A DNA stretch of 64,000 nucleotides from Candidatus Heimdallarchaeota archaeon (GCA_020353515.1 CP070695.1:3520050-3584049), one strand, 5' to 3'. Positions 19,805-30,125 are shown, counted from the stretch's first letter. Numbers and translations: made by a program. The notes: generated from the sequence alone by a model not told the origin.

Positions 19805-20731
19805 TTATTTCATAAAATCAGTCAATTTTGGAGCATTAAAAGTCTTTTCAAACTCACTAATACGTCTTTCAGCTAATGCTACATAGTTTTCTTCTATCTC
19901 ATAACCAATATAGTAGCGATTTGTTTTAATAGCTGCTATAGCTGTTTGTCCGCTTCCAATGAAAGGATCAAGGATTATATCATTTTCATATGAATTAAGT
20001 TGAATTATTCTATAAGGTAACTCAACTGGAAAAGGTGCTGGATGGCCAATCCTCTTTGCGGATTCTGTTGAAAATTTCCACACACTTTTAGTTAATTCCA
20101 AAAATTCATCCCTAGTAATAGTGCTTTTTCGTTTGTCAGGTGTCTCTCGTTTGTACTGATCTTTGGAAAATATAAGGATGTACTCATGAACATCTCTTAA
20201 TGAGGGATTAGTAGGAGACATCCAACTACCCCAAGCTGTTGAGGTTCCAGCACTAGCAGATTTATCCCAGATGATTTCTCCTCTCATTAAAAAACCTATT
20301 TCTAACATTGTATTAATTATGAAAGAGTGTAAAGGAATGTAAGGTTTTCTTCCTAGATTTGCAACGTTTATACAAGCCCTACCACTAGGAACAAGAACCC
20401 TCTGAACCTCCTTCCAAACGCGTTTAAGAAAAGCTAGATATTCTTTCAGAGTGAGATTATTATCATAGTCTTTACCAACGTTATAGGGGGGTGATGTGAC
20501 CATTAAATGGATGCTATTGTCTGGAAGCTCCTCCATATATTCCGAACTGGAGGTAAAAATTTTATTTAGGTATCTTGAAGGGATTGGATTCTCAATATAT
20601 TGAACGCTCTCTTCATTTGGAAGATTGTTATACAGTCTGCTACTATAAAACATTGTCGAATCATGGCCTTCTCTACCTGGAGATCCGAATGTACTGGTTT
20701 TAGTTCTTTTTCCTCTTTTCTTTTCCTCCAT
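19805..20731 (-). CDS. Site-specific DNA methyltransferase, beta class (N4-C/N6-A), apparently orphan
   Basis: VTSPPYN (motif IV) precedes HPAPFP and ILDPFIGSG (motif I). Confidence 0.93.
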   Translation of the reverse strand: MEEKKRGKRTKTSTFGSPGREGHDSTMFYSSRLYNNLPNEESVQYIENPIPSRYLNKIFTSSSEYMEELPDNSIHLMVTSPPYNVGKDYDNNLTLKEYLAFLKRVWKEVQRVLVPSGRACINVANLGRKPYIPLHSFIINTMLEIGFLMRGEIIWDKSASAGTSTAWGSWMSPTNPSLRDVHEYILIFSKDQYKRETPDKRKSTITRDEFLELTKSVWKFSTESAKRIGHPAPFPVELPYRIIQLNSYENDIILDPFIGSGQTAIAAIKTNRYYIGYEIEENYVALAERRISEFEKTFNAPKLTDFMK

Positions 20732-20885
20732 TTAAATCATCCATCTAGTAATCAATCTATTCTATAGAGTTATTCTCAAATTAGTTCATTTGAATAGCGT
20801 ACATTTCCGATAGTGTGGTGAAAGACACCTTTAACTTATGTTACACACACAATTAGGTCTATTAATTTAAGAGCTCTTTTTTATT

Positions 20886-21128
20886 TTGATGAAAATGAAA
20901 GAATTTTTCCATGTGATGCAGATTGGTTCGATATTAGGTAGTGGTATTTTTTTCATTGGGACTATTTTTGCCTATTACTACCAAGAATCATCTCAAGGCA
21001 TGCTACCAGTAATTCATTATCCATTTCGTGAACTTAGTGGAAGTTTCTTAATAATCACTGTATTCTTATTATTTTTATTTTTGTCTATCACAATATACCA
21101 CGAATCTACGAAACAATCAACAGATTAA
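20886..21128 (+). CDS. Small two-TM hypothetical protein
   Basis: Two hydrophobic segments; fills an intergenic gap. Confidence 0.55.
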   Translation: MMKMKEFFHVMQIGSILGSGIFFIGTIFAYYYQESSQGMLPVIHYPFRELSGSFLIITVFLLFLFLSITIYHESTKQSTD

Positions 21129-21137
21129 CATAAGAGA

Positions 21138-21338
21138 TTAGTCTTTTGTTCTCACCTTTTGATTTGACTTAGTAATCGCTTTCAAAATAATATCAAGATT
21201 TGTTTTTGACCACTCTGCAAAGAGATGTAAAGAAAATTCCTTTCGAACATCATTTAAGGTTCCCTTATAAAGATAGGATGCAACTTTATCGAACATTTCT
21301 TCTTCAGGAGATCTTTCAACAGACATAATCTTTAACAC
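21138..21338 (-). CDS. Small hypothetical protein
   Basis: 66-aa ORF with no overlaps and protein-like composition. Confidence 0.45.
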   Translation of the reverse strand: MLKIMSVERSPEEEMFDKVASYLYKGTLNDVRKEFSLHLFAEWSKTNLDIILKAITKSNQKVRTKD

Positions 21339-21429
21339 TCACTTTCATCACAGCGAATCTATCCATTAAATAATATTCTTGATCACAAGTTCAAAAATAG
21401 ACTAATATTCAATTCCTCCCCTATTTCGA

Positions 21430-22275
21430 TTGATAAAAGAAAGTGTGATAATGGAACAGTTTACAAAATTTTTACCTCAGATTCGGGAGGATATTAATCA
21501 TAGCCTTGATATTTGGAAAAATCTCTTAATCAATGAATTCAAAGAGAATATTGAATTTATATATGCTAAAGGATCAGCAGTAAAGCAATGGGATTCACCG
21601 CTAGATTATGTTCCAATCTTAAGTGATCTTGATATTCACTTCAAGCTGGTCGACAATTATGTGATATTTCAAAATATTTCAGATCCAGTAATAAAATCAC
21701 TTGAAATCTCAGAAAAATATGAGCAAATCTTCAGAACAAAGTATACTAAGTCTCTTCATTTACCTCGTACCCAGATAGTTACAATAAATCATCTAAAAAA
21801 AATACCACAATATGTTCCTCCTAGATTAAGTGATGTTCAGGTTATTTATGGCAAACCAATCCTCCCATCAAATCCTGGACCTCAGAGAATTCGTGAAATC
21901 GATTACGATCATCTCATCAAATCCAAGGAGACCCTCGAAAACACTCCGATGAGTCTCATCGATCGAAGTGGCCTTGATTATTGGGTTCTAATTAGAAGAA
22001 TTAACTGGCAAGTATCTCCTACCCCTTTTCGAGTATTAACACAAATATCAAATATTGCTCCTATGGAAATTTGGAGTTGGAACCGTTCAAAGATAATAAC
22101 TGAACTAAGAAATCATGGCCTTGAAGAAATAGTTGAACACTACATACAATTTTATCTAAATGGATGGGAAGCCTTTTTAGCTCAACATCGAAATTCTCAA
22201 CACCTACGGCAAATTATCTTTCATGGGTGTAAGGTTCTTCATTCAGCACTACAAATTCTGCAAGAACTAAAATAA
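21430..22275 (+). CDS. Pol-beta-superfamily nucleotidyltransferase-like protein
   Basis: hYxKGS...SDLDIH catalytic pattern. Confidence 0.65.
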   Translation: MIKESVIMEQFTKFLPQIREDINHSLDIWKNLLINEFKENIEFIYAKGSAVKQWDSPLDYVPILSDLDIHFKLVDNYVIFQNISDPVIKSLEISEKYEQIFRTKYTKSLHLPRTQIVTINHLKKIPQYVPPRLSDVQVIYGKPILPSNPGPQRIREIDYDHLIKSKETLENTPMSLIDRSGLDYWVLIRRINWQVSPTPFRVLTQISNIAPMEIWSWNRSKIITELRNHGLEEIVEHYIQFYLNGWEAFLAQHRNSQHLRQIIFHGCKVLHSALQILQELK

Positions 22276-22316
22276 AACATGATATGTTTCTTCAATTCGC
22301 TTAGGAGATTCATTTT

Positions 22317-22991
22317 ATGGTTACCCAAGCAGAGTTACTCAAGATAGATACAATAATCTTTGACTTTGATGGTACACTACACAAAGGTGACATTTTAAGT
22401 CTCCCCATTTTCCATGAATGCCTTCAAGCACTTTATAATGAATTTCAAATTGATCTAAAATATCCTTCAGACGAAATAATTCTCTCACAGTTCGGAAAAC
22501 AAGCTGATGACATATACCCATCACTTTTAAAGACTACTGACCTGCAAATCATCTCTACATTTGAAAAATGTGTGGAGGAAGCTGAAGTACAGGCGTTCAA
22601 TGACGGAAAAGGTGAACTATATCCTAATGTTGACTCAACTCTAACTACTCTGAAAAATCGTAAATACAGATTAGCACTTTGCACTAACGCCCGTGTTGAT
22701 TACTTCGAAGCAGCTGTAGAAAACTTTAATTTAGGTAAATATTTTGACGAAATGATGGCTGCAGGTCATAATCCAGGGAAAAACAAGACATGGATGGTTT
22801 GCAAGATTGTTGAAAAATTGAAATCAAAGCGTTTCGCAGTTGTAGGTGATAGATTCCACGATATTCAGGCTGCAAAAAACAATGGAGGGATTGCGATAGG
22901 ATGTGAATACGGATTTGGGAAAACAGAAGTAAAAGAAGCTGATCTTCAAATTACACATTTTGAAGAGCTTCTTGCCATTTTTCAAAGGTGA
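22317..22991 (+). CDS. HAD-superfamily hydrolase (phosphoglycolate phosphatase/nucleotidase-like)
   Basis: FDFDGTL, CTN, K, VGDRFHDIQAA, YGFG. Confidence 0.9.
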   Translation: MVTQAELLKIDTIIFDFDGTLHKGDILSLPIFHECLQALYNEFQIDLKYPSDEIILSQFGKQADDIYPSLLKTTDLQIISTFEKCVEEAEVQAFNDGKGELYPNVDSTLTTLKNRKYRLALCTNARVDYFEAAVENFNLGKYFDEMMAAGHNPGKNKTWMVCKIVEKLKSKRFAVVGDRFHDIQAAKNNGGIAIGCEYGFGKTEVKEADLQITHFEELLAIFQR

Positions 22992-23154
22992 ATTTCCTAT
23001 ATTAGAGCAGGTTATATTGTAATTCTAATATAAACACAATTTTCTTATATATAATTCTAAGAAGAACGTTTAGTATAAGAAATTGGGTTAAGGCTACAAT
23101 TCTAAGGCTAACCTATTATTCTTATCTTATTAGAAATAAATTAACAAAAATGAC

Positions 23155-23508
23155 GTGATAAATATGGGCGCTGGAAAAGACGCAGTAGTAGAATTTGTTA
23201 ACGCAATAAACGCAAATGATGAAGTAAAAGGAATGCTAAAAAATTGGGTAAAAAACGCATGTTACAAACTCGAAGGTGAAGATGGACCATTCTGGGTAGA
23301 GCATAAAGCAGATGGTTCCGCAGAATTTCATGATGGAGAACCAGACAAAGCTCACTTCACATTCATTGGACCAACTCAAATCTGGGCAGATATCTCTACT
23401 GGGAAAGAAGATGCACAAAAAGCCTTCTTTGCTAAAAAATATAAGATTGAGGGAGATGTGATGGGAACAATGAAGTTACTGCCCGTTATTAAGAAGCTGC
23501 AAACATAA
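23155..23508 (+). CDS. SCP2 sterol/lipid-binding domain protein
   Basis: TGKEDAQKAFFAKKYKIEGDVMGTMKL matches the SCP2 C-terminal pattern. Confidence 0.85.
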   Translation: MINMGAGKDAVVEFVNAINANDEVKGMLKNWVKNACYKLEGEDGPFWVEHKADGSAEFHDGEPDKAHFTFIGPTQIWADISTGKEDAQKAFFAKKYKIEGDVMGTMKLLPVIKKLQT

Positions 23509-23555
23509 TTTCCCTTTCTTCTCTTTCATTTCTCTTTTTCTTTAATTTTTTCTTC
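23509..23555 (+). terminator. Probable archaeal oligo-T terminator after the SCP2 gene
   Basis: Long T/C-rich tract immediately after the stop codon. Confidence 0.45.
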
Positions 23556-23862
23556 ACATAATTCTGTTGGTATTTTTGTTTGTATTTTACAAAATTTTTA
23601 ATTACTTATTAACGAATCCAAATTATTTTTAACAATTTCTCCCAAACTGTAATCACAAAATAGCAGTAATAAAGCCGTAGAGCAAAAAAAAAGCGCAAAT
23701 ATTTTTAATTAAACCCTTATTGTTTGAATCAATTCCAGTTACTATAGCTATAGAAGGAGTACCCTTCAAAATTACCCTCACTCGGAAAAAAAGAGATAAA
23801 TTTTGAAAAACCCTCCTTTTCTGTGGACTTCATAAGGAATTAATCTAAAAGATAAAGAATAA

Positions 23863-25068
23863 ATGGTGAAAAAAGTTATGCATGAAGTTGTAATAGCTGA
23901 TTATCTTCGCACACCGTTTTCACGATCCCGTCCAGCTCAACCCGAAAGAGACAAGTTAAATGACTTTCGTATGGATATTCTAGCAGGAAAACTCATCAAA
24001 ACGATGATTGATAGAAAAGGGATCAATCCAGCAGAAATTGGTGATGTTTTAGTAGGATCCGCTTCGCAAGTAGGTGAACAATGGCTTTATGGTGGTAGGG
24101 GTGTTGTTGCTATGGCAGAGCTGCCTGAAACTGTACCTGCACAAGGTATAGATAGACAATGTGGTTCTTCTATGAATACAATACACACTGGAGCCATGCA
24201 AATTATGACAGGGTATTCAGATATTGTAGTTTCAGCTGGTCTTGAACATATGACACATGTACCAATGGCACCACAAGATAACATTGATCCGCCAATGTTT
24301 CTTGCAGCAGAGGAAAAATACAAGCAATATGATTTTGAAACAGGCTTCAATATGGGGTGGACTGCAGAGAAGCTTTTCAAACAAGCAGCGAAAAAATTTG
24401 GAGTGACACGAGAAGATTTAGATAAGTACAGTCTTGAATCACATGAACTGGCAGCTAAAGGTCAGGATGAAGGATTCTTTAACGATGAATTAATGCCCAT
24501 CGAGCTATCTTCGGGAGACAATTTTGATTCCGACGCATCAGTCCGTCGGGGTAGTACCATGGAAATAATGGGCAGTTTAATGCCATCTTTCGATTTCGAA
24601 GGTGTTTGTACTCCGGGAAACTCAAGTCCATTAAATGCTGGAGCAACAGCAATGATTCTCATGTCAAAGGAAAAGGCTAAAGAATACGGAATTAATCCGA
24701 TAGCAACAATTAAATCATTAGGATGGGCAGCTGTTAACCCTGGAATTATGGGATTTGGGCCAGTCCCAGCCAGTAAAAAAGCTTTGAAGCATGCGGGTTT
24801 AGAAGTGAAAGATATTGATTTCTGGGAAATTAATGAAGCATTTGCGATTGTTGCTTTAAACTGTATTAAAGAACTTGGCATTGATCGAAATAAAGTTAAT
24901 GTTAAAGGTGGAGCAATAGCTATTGGCCACCCACTTGGTGCTACAGGTACTCGACTTGTTGGTACTTTAGCTCGAATTCTTAATTGGGAGGATGGCCAAT
25001 ATGGCTTAGCTAACGCTTGTATTGGAGGAGGCCAAGGAATCGCAACTGTAATTGAAAAAGGAGGATAG
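23863..25068 (+). CDS. Acetyl-CoA acyltransferase (3-ketoacyl-CoA thiolase)
   Basis: DRQCGSS, GNSSPLNAGA, EINEAFA, GHPLGATG, CIGGGQG. Confidence 0.95.
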   Translation: MVKKVMHEVVIADYLRTPFSRSRPAQPERDKLNDFRMDILAGKLIKTMIDRKGINPAEIGDVLVGSASQVGEQWLYGGRGVVAMAELPETVPAQGIDRQCGSSMNTIHTGAMQIMTGYSDIVVSAGLEHMTHVPMAPQDNIDPPMFLAAEEKYKQYDFETGFNMGWTAEKLFKQAAKKFGVTREDLDKYSLESHELAAKGQDEGFFNDELMPIELSSGDNFDSDASVRRGSTMEIMGSLMPSFDFEGVCTPGNSSPLNAGATAMILMSKEKAKEYGINPIATIKSLGWAAVNPGIMGFGPVPASKKALKHAGLEVKDIDFWEINEAFAIVALNCIKELGIDRNKVNVKGGAIAIGHPLGATGTRLVGTLARILNWEDGQYGLANACIGGGQGIATVIEKGG

Positions 25069-25121
25069 AACCTCTAATTTTCAAATAATGAAGTATGATA
25101 AAAATAAAAGGTGAATAAATC

Positions 25122-27092
25122 ATGAAAATTGATGATATTAAACACGTAGCAGTCATAGGCGCTGGCGATATGGGACATGGGATCGCTGAAGTAGCTCTCA
25201 TGACTGGATATACAGTAAGTATGTATGATATTGCTGATGAATTTGTTGAAAAAGGAAAAGGTCGGATTGATTGGAGTCTTGCGAAGCTTGCCGAAAAAGC
25301 ACGAATTTCTGAAGCTGACCACAAGAAGTTCATGGCGAATCTTACCACAACGACAAATCTAGAGGAAGCTGTCAAAAATGCAGATCTTTGTATTGAGGCT
25401 GCTCCAGAAATACTGGATTTGAAAAAGGAAATCTTCAGCAATTTAGACAAATATGCTCCAAAACATGCTATTTTGGCATCAAACACTTCAAGTATGAGTA
25501 TTAATGAGATTGGGGCTACTACAAAAAGACCAGAAAAAGTGGCTGGATTACATTACTTTAATCCTCCTGTAATGATGCAGCTGATCGAGATTACGAAAGG
25601 CGAAAAGACCTCCGATGAGACCATAAAAATTCTCGTTGATTTCACTAAAAAAGCTCTTAAAGATCCAGTTGTATGTAAAAAAGACAGTCCAGGTTTTATC
25701 GCAAACCGAATTAATGCTCCTACAATGTTATGGATGTACCTCATGTATGATAACAAAGAATTTAACCCTGCAGAAGTTGATCGAGCTTGTATGAATATGG
25801 GCATGAGAATGGGTATATATGAATTAGCTGACTTCACAGGTTTAGATATATCCTATCATCTCTTAAATTATTTTGGGGATCGTCTTCATAAGGATTATAA
25901 ACCTCCTGCCAGTTTAGAAAAGTTATTCAAGGACAAAAATCTTGGTAAAAAAACAGGTTCTGGGATTTATGAATGGCCAGAGGTAGGAAGACCGGAGATT
26001 GGTGAAAAAGCAGCTGATTTTGATTTAATGAATCTGTTAAGGATCCAGATCAATGAAGCAGCCAAAGTATTAGAAGAAGGTCTTACTACAGCTAAGGAAA
26101 TCGACACTGCCATGAAAAAGGGATTTAATAATCCTTTTGGGCCTATTGAAATGGCTGAAACTACTGACCTAAAAGAATTAACTGAATTCTTAGATGGTCT
26201 TGCAGATAAATATGGCAAAGAAATTTACAAAGCCCACGATTGGATTCGAGATGGATCATTACCGGATCGTGCAAAAGGAGTAGCAAAAGAAGAGAAAAAA
26301 TCGCCTTATGAATTTGAAACCGTTAAAATCATTAAGGATCCAGAAAATTTTGTCACAACACTTCTGATGAATCGTCCCCCTCTAAATCTGATGGATACTC
26401 AACTTTTAACTGATCTCGGAAGCGCGTTAGAACTCCTTGTTGACGACAATGAAACTCGTGTAATTGTATTGAGAGGTGCAGCCAAGTGCTTCTCGGGTGG
26501 ATTTGACATGGCATCAGGTCTTTACGACAGCGCATGGGACGTGAAAAAGGGTGTTGTGAGAGGACAACGAACTTTCAAACGTTTCCGTGATATCCCCAAG
26601 CCTGTTATTGCAGCAATTGAACGATATGCATTTGGTGGGGGATTAGAACTAGCAATGAGTTGTGACTTACGTTTTGCCAAGAAAAGTGCCAAGATGGGGC
26701 TGACTGAAGTGACCCTAGGATTAATTCCAGGTTGGGGTGGTACACAACTAATGGTTCGACATCTAGGTATCGGTAAAACGATGGAACTGATTCTTACTGG
26801 TGAACGGATTGAAGCCAAACGAGCTTTCAAAATGGGATTAATCAATCGTGCAATTGATGATGAAGACTTTGAAGAAGAAGTCTATGAAGTCGCTAAGAAG
26901 ATCGCACTTAGAAGTGCTCCCATCTCAGTAGGTATTGTTAAACAATTAGTTAACTTTGGTAGTCAAATTCCTCTTGATGTGGGCCTCGAATGGGAAAGCT
27001 ATGGTTCTGCTCTTAATTTTACTACAGAAGATCTCCAAGAAGGTGTTATGTCCTTCATGCAGAAAAAGAAACCAGAGTTCAAATACCGATAA
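25122..27092 (+). CDS. 3-hydroxyacyl-CoA dehydrogenase / enoyl-CoA hydratase fusion (archaeal order, dehydrogenase first)
   Basis: GAGDMGHGIA, ASNTSS, GLHYFNP, GFIANR; C-terminal AFGGGLELAMSCD, PGWGGTQ. Confidence 0.94.
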   Translation: MKIDDIKHVAVIGAGDMGHGIAEVALMTGYTVSMYDIADEFVEKGKGRIDWSLAKLAEKARISEADHKKFMANLTTTTNLEEAVKNADLCIEAAPEILDLKKEIFSNLDKYAPKHAILASNTSSMSINEIGATTKRPEKVAGLHYFNPPVMMQLIEITKGEKTSDETIKILVDFTKKALKDPVVCKKDSPGFIANRINAPTMLWMYLMYDNKEFNPAEVDRACMNMGMRMGIYELADFTGLDISYHLLNYFGDRLHKDYKPPASLEKLFKDKNLGKKTGSGIYEWPEVGRPEIGEKAADFDLMNLLRIQINEAAKVLEEGLTTAKEIDTAMKKGFNNPFGPIEMAETTDLKELTEFLDGLADKYGKEIYKAHDWIRDGSLPDRAKGVAKEEKKSPYEFETVKIIKDPENFVTTLLMNRPPLNLMDTQLLTDLGSALELLVDDNETRVIVLRGAAKCFSGGFDMASGLYDSAWDVKKGVVRGQRTFKRFRDIPKPVIAAIERYAFGGGLELAMSCDLRFAKKSAKMGLTEVTLGLIPGWGGTQLMVRHLGIGKTMELILTGERIEAKRAFKMGLINRAIDDEDFEEEVYEVAKKIALRSAPISVGIVKQLVNFGSQIPLDVGLEWESYGSALNFTTEDLQEGVMSFMQKKKPEFKYR

Positions 27093-27141
27093 AATTCTCA
27101 AATACCCCCCCTTTTTCTCTTTTCTTTCTAAATATGTTATC

Positions 27142-27804
27142 TTATTTTATCTCTTTTGCAAAGATTAATGGTTTAACTTCAGGAGTATCTGGCCACATAC
27201 CGTTACCACTTAGCCCTTCATAAATCACAGAAAAATTAAGCTTTTGATAGAAGTTAACAGCCTTAATATTTCTGTCACTTGTTCCTAGATGAACCCCTGT
27301 TACATTACGATCTTTGAAATGATTTTCAAGTGCTTCCATTAGCTCCGTACCAATACCTTGACGTTGGTAGTTTTGAATGATATCAATGTGGAGATGGGCA
27401 GGATAAGGTTCAAGAAGTGATTCTATATTGGGAATCTTAGGTTCCTCATCCCATCTTTCCTTGAAATGCCAGAAGACCTTAAACGTTCTAGGATATCGCC
27501 AAAGAGTATAAAAGAAAGCCCTTAGTACTATTTTGCGAATCATGTATTTACGAAACTGTTCTTCCTGCTTTTTGGAATCTAAGCTGCTTAAAATATATCC
27601 TATTACTTGCCCAGTTTTTTCGTCTTCAGCAACAAAACAGTTCTCCGGTTCGTAATCAGTGTAGTATAGACAAAACAATAGACCAAAGAGATAAAGATCG
27701 TCAAAACGGCCAGCAGCACTTTTTCCCATATAACCCGTACGCCAACAGACATTTATTACATCTTTTCGATCCTTAGATTGGTAATTGCGAATATAGGTCA
27801 TCAT
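27142..27804 (-). CDS. GNAT family N-acetyltransferase
   Basis: AHLHIDI, QRQGIG, VHLG, N..AVNFYQKL. Confidence 0.9.
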   Translation of the reverse strand: MMTYIRNYQSKDRKDVINVCWRTGYMGKSAAGRFDDLYLFGLLFCLYYTDYEPENCFVAEDEKTGQVIGYILSSLDSKKQEEQFRKYMIRKIVLRAFFYTLWRYPRTFKVFWHFKERWDEEPKIPNIESLLEPYPAHLHIDIIQNYQRQGIGTELMEALENHFKDRNVTGVHLGTSDRNIKAVNFYQKLNFSVIYEGLSGNGMWPDTPEVKPLIFAKEIK

Positions 27805-27836
27805 AGGTTCTCCGTCTTAAAACGTGTAACAAAACC

Positions 27837-29285
27837 TTAGATTTGATCTAGGTTTGTTAGTATTCCTTTAACAATTCTCCAGATTAAATCCACAGATTTG
27901 ATATAAACCCGTTCTTGAGGGGAATGGACATCTTTAATCTCAGGTCCTATAGATACTAATTGTAATTCCGGATCAATCCCTTTGAATAATCCAGTTTCTA
28001 ATCCTGCATGAATTGCTTTCAGTTGTACTTCAGACCCATATACCTGATTATATTCTTGCTTTACTAAGTTAAGAAACGGTGAGTCTAATTCAGGTTGCCA
28101 ACCTGGGTATAGTGGTCCAAGAGTTACTTCAACAGCTATTCTTTCTCCTATTTCCACTAATTCAGATCTTATTCGATTTAACTCAGAGTCGATCGAACTG
28201 CGTGTACTCGTAACTATTTCAACTGAGTCTGGTAAAGTTTTTACAAGAGCAAGGTTGTTAGAAGTTTCCACAAGCTCTGGAATTATTTTAGAGAAAGTTA
28301 GGGCTCCATGAGGAATTTCATATAATAAGGTTAGAATTGAATTCGTTGACGTCAAACATGTGTTTTGAGACGTTTCATACATTTCAGCTTTAATATTAGA
28401 CTCGTCTTTACGATAGCTCTCAATTTGTTTTCCCCATTCATCAAACATCTGCCTAACAGCTTCATCATTATCCACAAGAAACTCACAATAGGCATCACGG
28501 GGAATAGCATTGTGTGCACTACCTCCATTGATAGTACTAATATGGAAATCATAATCTACTTTCTGCCGAAGATTGATCAATCCTTCTACTAGAACTTTGA
28601 TTGCATTTAATCGTGGTTTATGTATGTCTACACCTGAATGTCCACCTCTTAAACCACCTACAGAAAGCCTGAAACCTGTGAGTGAGGGTTTATTTTCCCA
28701 CTTGGTTGATATTGTGATTTTTGTATCGCCTCCTCCGGCACTTGATACTGTTATTTCTCCTTCTTTTTCAGAATCAAGATTGAGAAGATATTTATATTTA
28801 AAAAAAATTTTTTCTAATCCAAATGCACCTGTTAATCCTGTTTCTTCGTCCACAGTTAATAATACATCAATCGGGCCATGATTTAGGTCTGGATCACTTA
28901 TTGCAGTAAGAGCCATTGCCACCCCAATTCCATTGTCAGCTCCTAGGGTCGTACCTTCCGCTGTAACATAATCATCTTCGATTTTTATAGGAATCGGATC
29001 ATTATCAAAATCATGGGAGCTTTCAGGGATCTTTTGAGCTACCATATCAAGATGACCTTGTAGAATTATTCCAGGATAGTTTTCGTATCCTTTAGAAGCT
29101 GCAACTGATAGTAGAAGATTTCCGATGGAATCTTCTTCCCATGAAATTTGATGTTTGTCTGCCCAAGCTTTTACCCAAGCACGGATTTTTTCCTCTTTTT
29201 TCGACTCACGGGGGATCCTTGAAATATCCTCAAACATTCTCCAAACAATTTGCGGTTCTAACTTCTCTAGTATCCTTTTTTCCAA
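27837..29285 (-). CDS. pepD: M20C aminoacyl-histidine dipeptidase
   Basis: LQGHLDMV, TTLGADNGIG, DEETG, NLDSE, GGHSG, IHAGLE, HSPQE. Confidence 0.93.
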   Translation of the reverse strand: MEKRILEKLEPQIVWRMFEDISRIPRESKKEEKIRAWVKAWADKHQISWEEDSIGNLLLSVAASKGYENYPGIILQGHLDMVAQKIPESSHDFDNDPIPIKIEDDYVTAEGTTLGADNGIGVAMALTAISDPDLNHGPIDVLLTVDEETGLTGAFGLEKIFFKYKYLLNLDSEKEGEITVSSAGGGDTKITISTKWENKPSLTGFRLSVGGLRGGHSGVDIHKPRLNAIKVLVEGLINLRQKVDYDFHISTINGGSAHNAIPRDAYCEFLVDNDEAVRQMFDEWGKQIESYRKDESNIKAEMYETSQNTCLTSTNSILTLLYEIPHGALTFSKIIPELVETSNNLALVKTLPDSVEIVTSTRSSIDSELNRIRSELVEIGERIAVEVTLGPLYPGWQPELDSPFLNLVKQEYNQVYGSEVQLKAIHAGLETGLFKGIDPELQLVSIGPEIKDVHSPQERVYIKSVDLIWRIVKGILTNLDQI

Positions 29286-29309
29286 TCTTATTTCCTCTCT
29301 GATAACCGA

Positions 29310-30125
29310 CTAATCATTTAGCCATGAAATTTTAAGCTGATCTTCAGGAGTAAATAATTCCTTGACAAATAAGAACCCAATTAGTATTTCACCAATAAAC
29401 CCTGCTGACAAAATCATCAAGAAGATAATTACTTGATAGATAGCAGCAATCACTGGATTCACCCCTCCTATAATCATGCCACTCATTAATCCTGGAATGG
29501 TCACTATACCGAGTACAGCAACACGGTTAGTAGTAGGAAGAAGACCAGCTCGAAAAGAATCTTTCAATATTGGTTTCACCGAATTCCAGGCACTATCTCC
29601 TAGTGATAATGCAGCTTCGATTGCTCCTCTTGACTTTTTTATATCAGCAATTAATCTTTCCAAGACAATTGTAGTCATAACCATAACGTTAGCTATTACC
29701 ATTCCGCCCATTGGAATTATATACGTTCCCTGTCTCTCAATTATAGAGATAGGTGTTGAATCAATTGTTAGGATGGGAGTTGTAACTATTACCATCACAA
29801 AAATACTAGCTGTTGTTATCGCAATTAATTCTAGCCTGAAAATATTAGGATAAGGAAAGCGATTCTTTGCGGTATAAGCTGCAAATATACACATAAATAG
29901 AAGTACACCATAAAGTATTATTATATCTCTTAATTCAAATATGAATATTAGAATAGAAGCCATTAGAAGAATCTGAACAAATCCACGAGAAAAGCTCCAA
30001 ATGAATGCTTTCTCTAAATTAACTTTCTGCCAATAAGCCAATAACACAATTAATGTTAGAAGAAGAACTGAAAATAAAATTCTAAATACCATTTCTAAAA
30101 GTTCTGTTTCTGTGGGTAAAGCCAT
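29310..30125 (-). CDS. fetB: ABC transporter permease, UPF0014/FetB family
   Basis: YIIPMGGMVIAN, IEAALSLG, GIVTIPGLMSGMIIGG..P..A. Confidence 0.85.
   Translation of the reverse strand: MALPTETELLEMVFRILFSVLLLTLIVLLAYWQKVNLEKAFIWSFSRGFVQILLMASILIFIFELRDIIILYGVLLFMCIFAAYTAKNRFPYPNIFRLELIAITTASIFVMVIVTTPILTIDSTPISIIERQGTYIIPMGGMVIANVMVMTTIVLERLIADIKKSRGAIEAALSLGDSAWNSVKPILKDSFRAGLLPTTNRVAVLGIVTIPGLMSGMIIGGVNPVIAAIYQVIIFLMILSAGFIGEILIGFLFVKELFTPEDQLKISWLND

Noticed and set aside
23084-23116. TAAGGCTA direct repeat resembling a DtxR/IdeR box upstream of SCP2
   Set aside because: Only one half-site matches well and no cognate regulator is in the window
23748-23826. Hairpin as a SECIS element or tRNA
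   Set aside because: No AUGA/GA core, no cloverleaf, and I noticed no gene with an in-frame TGA at a catalytic Cys position
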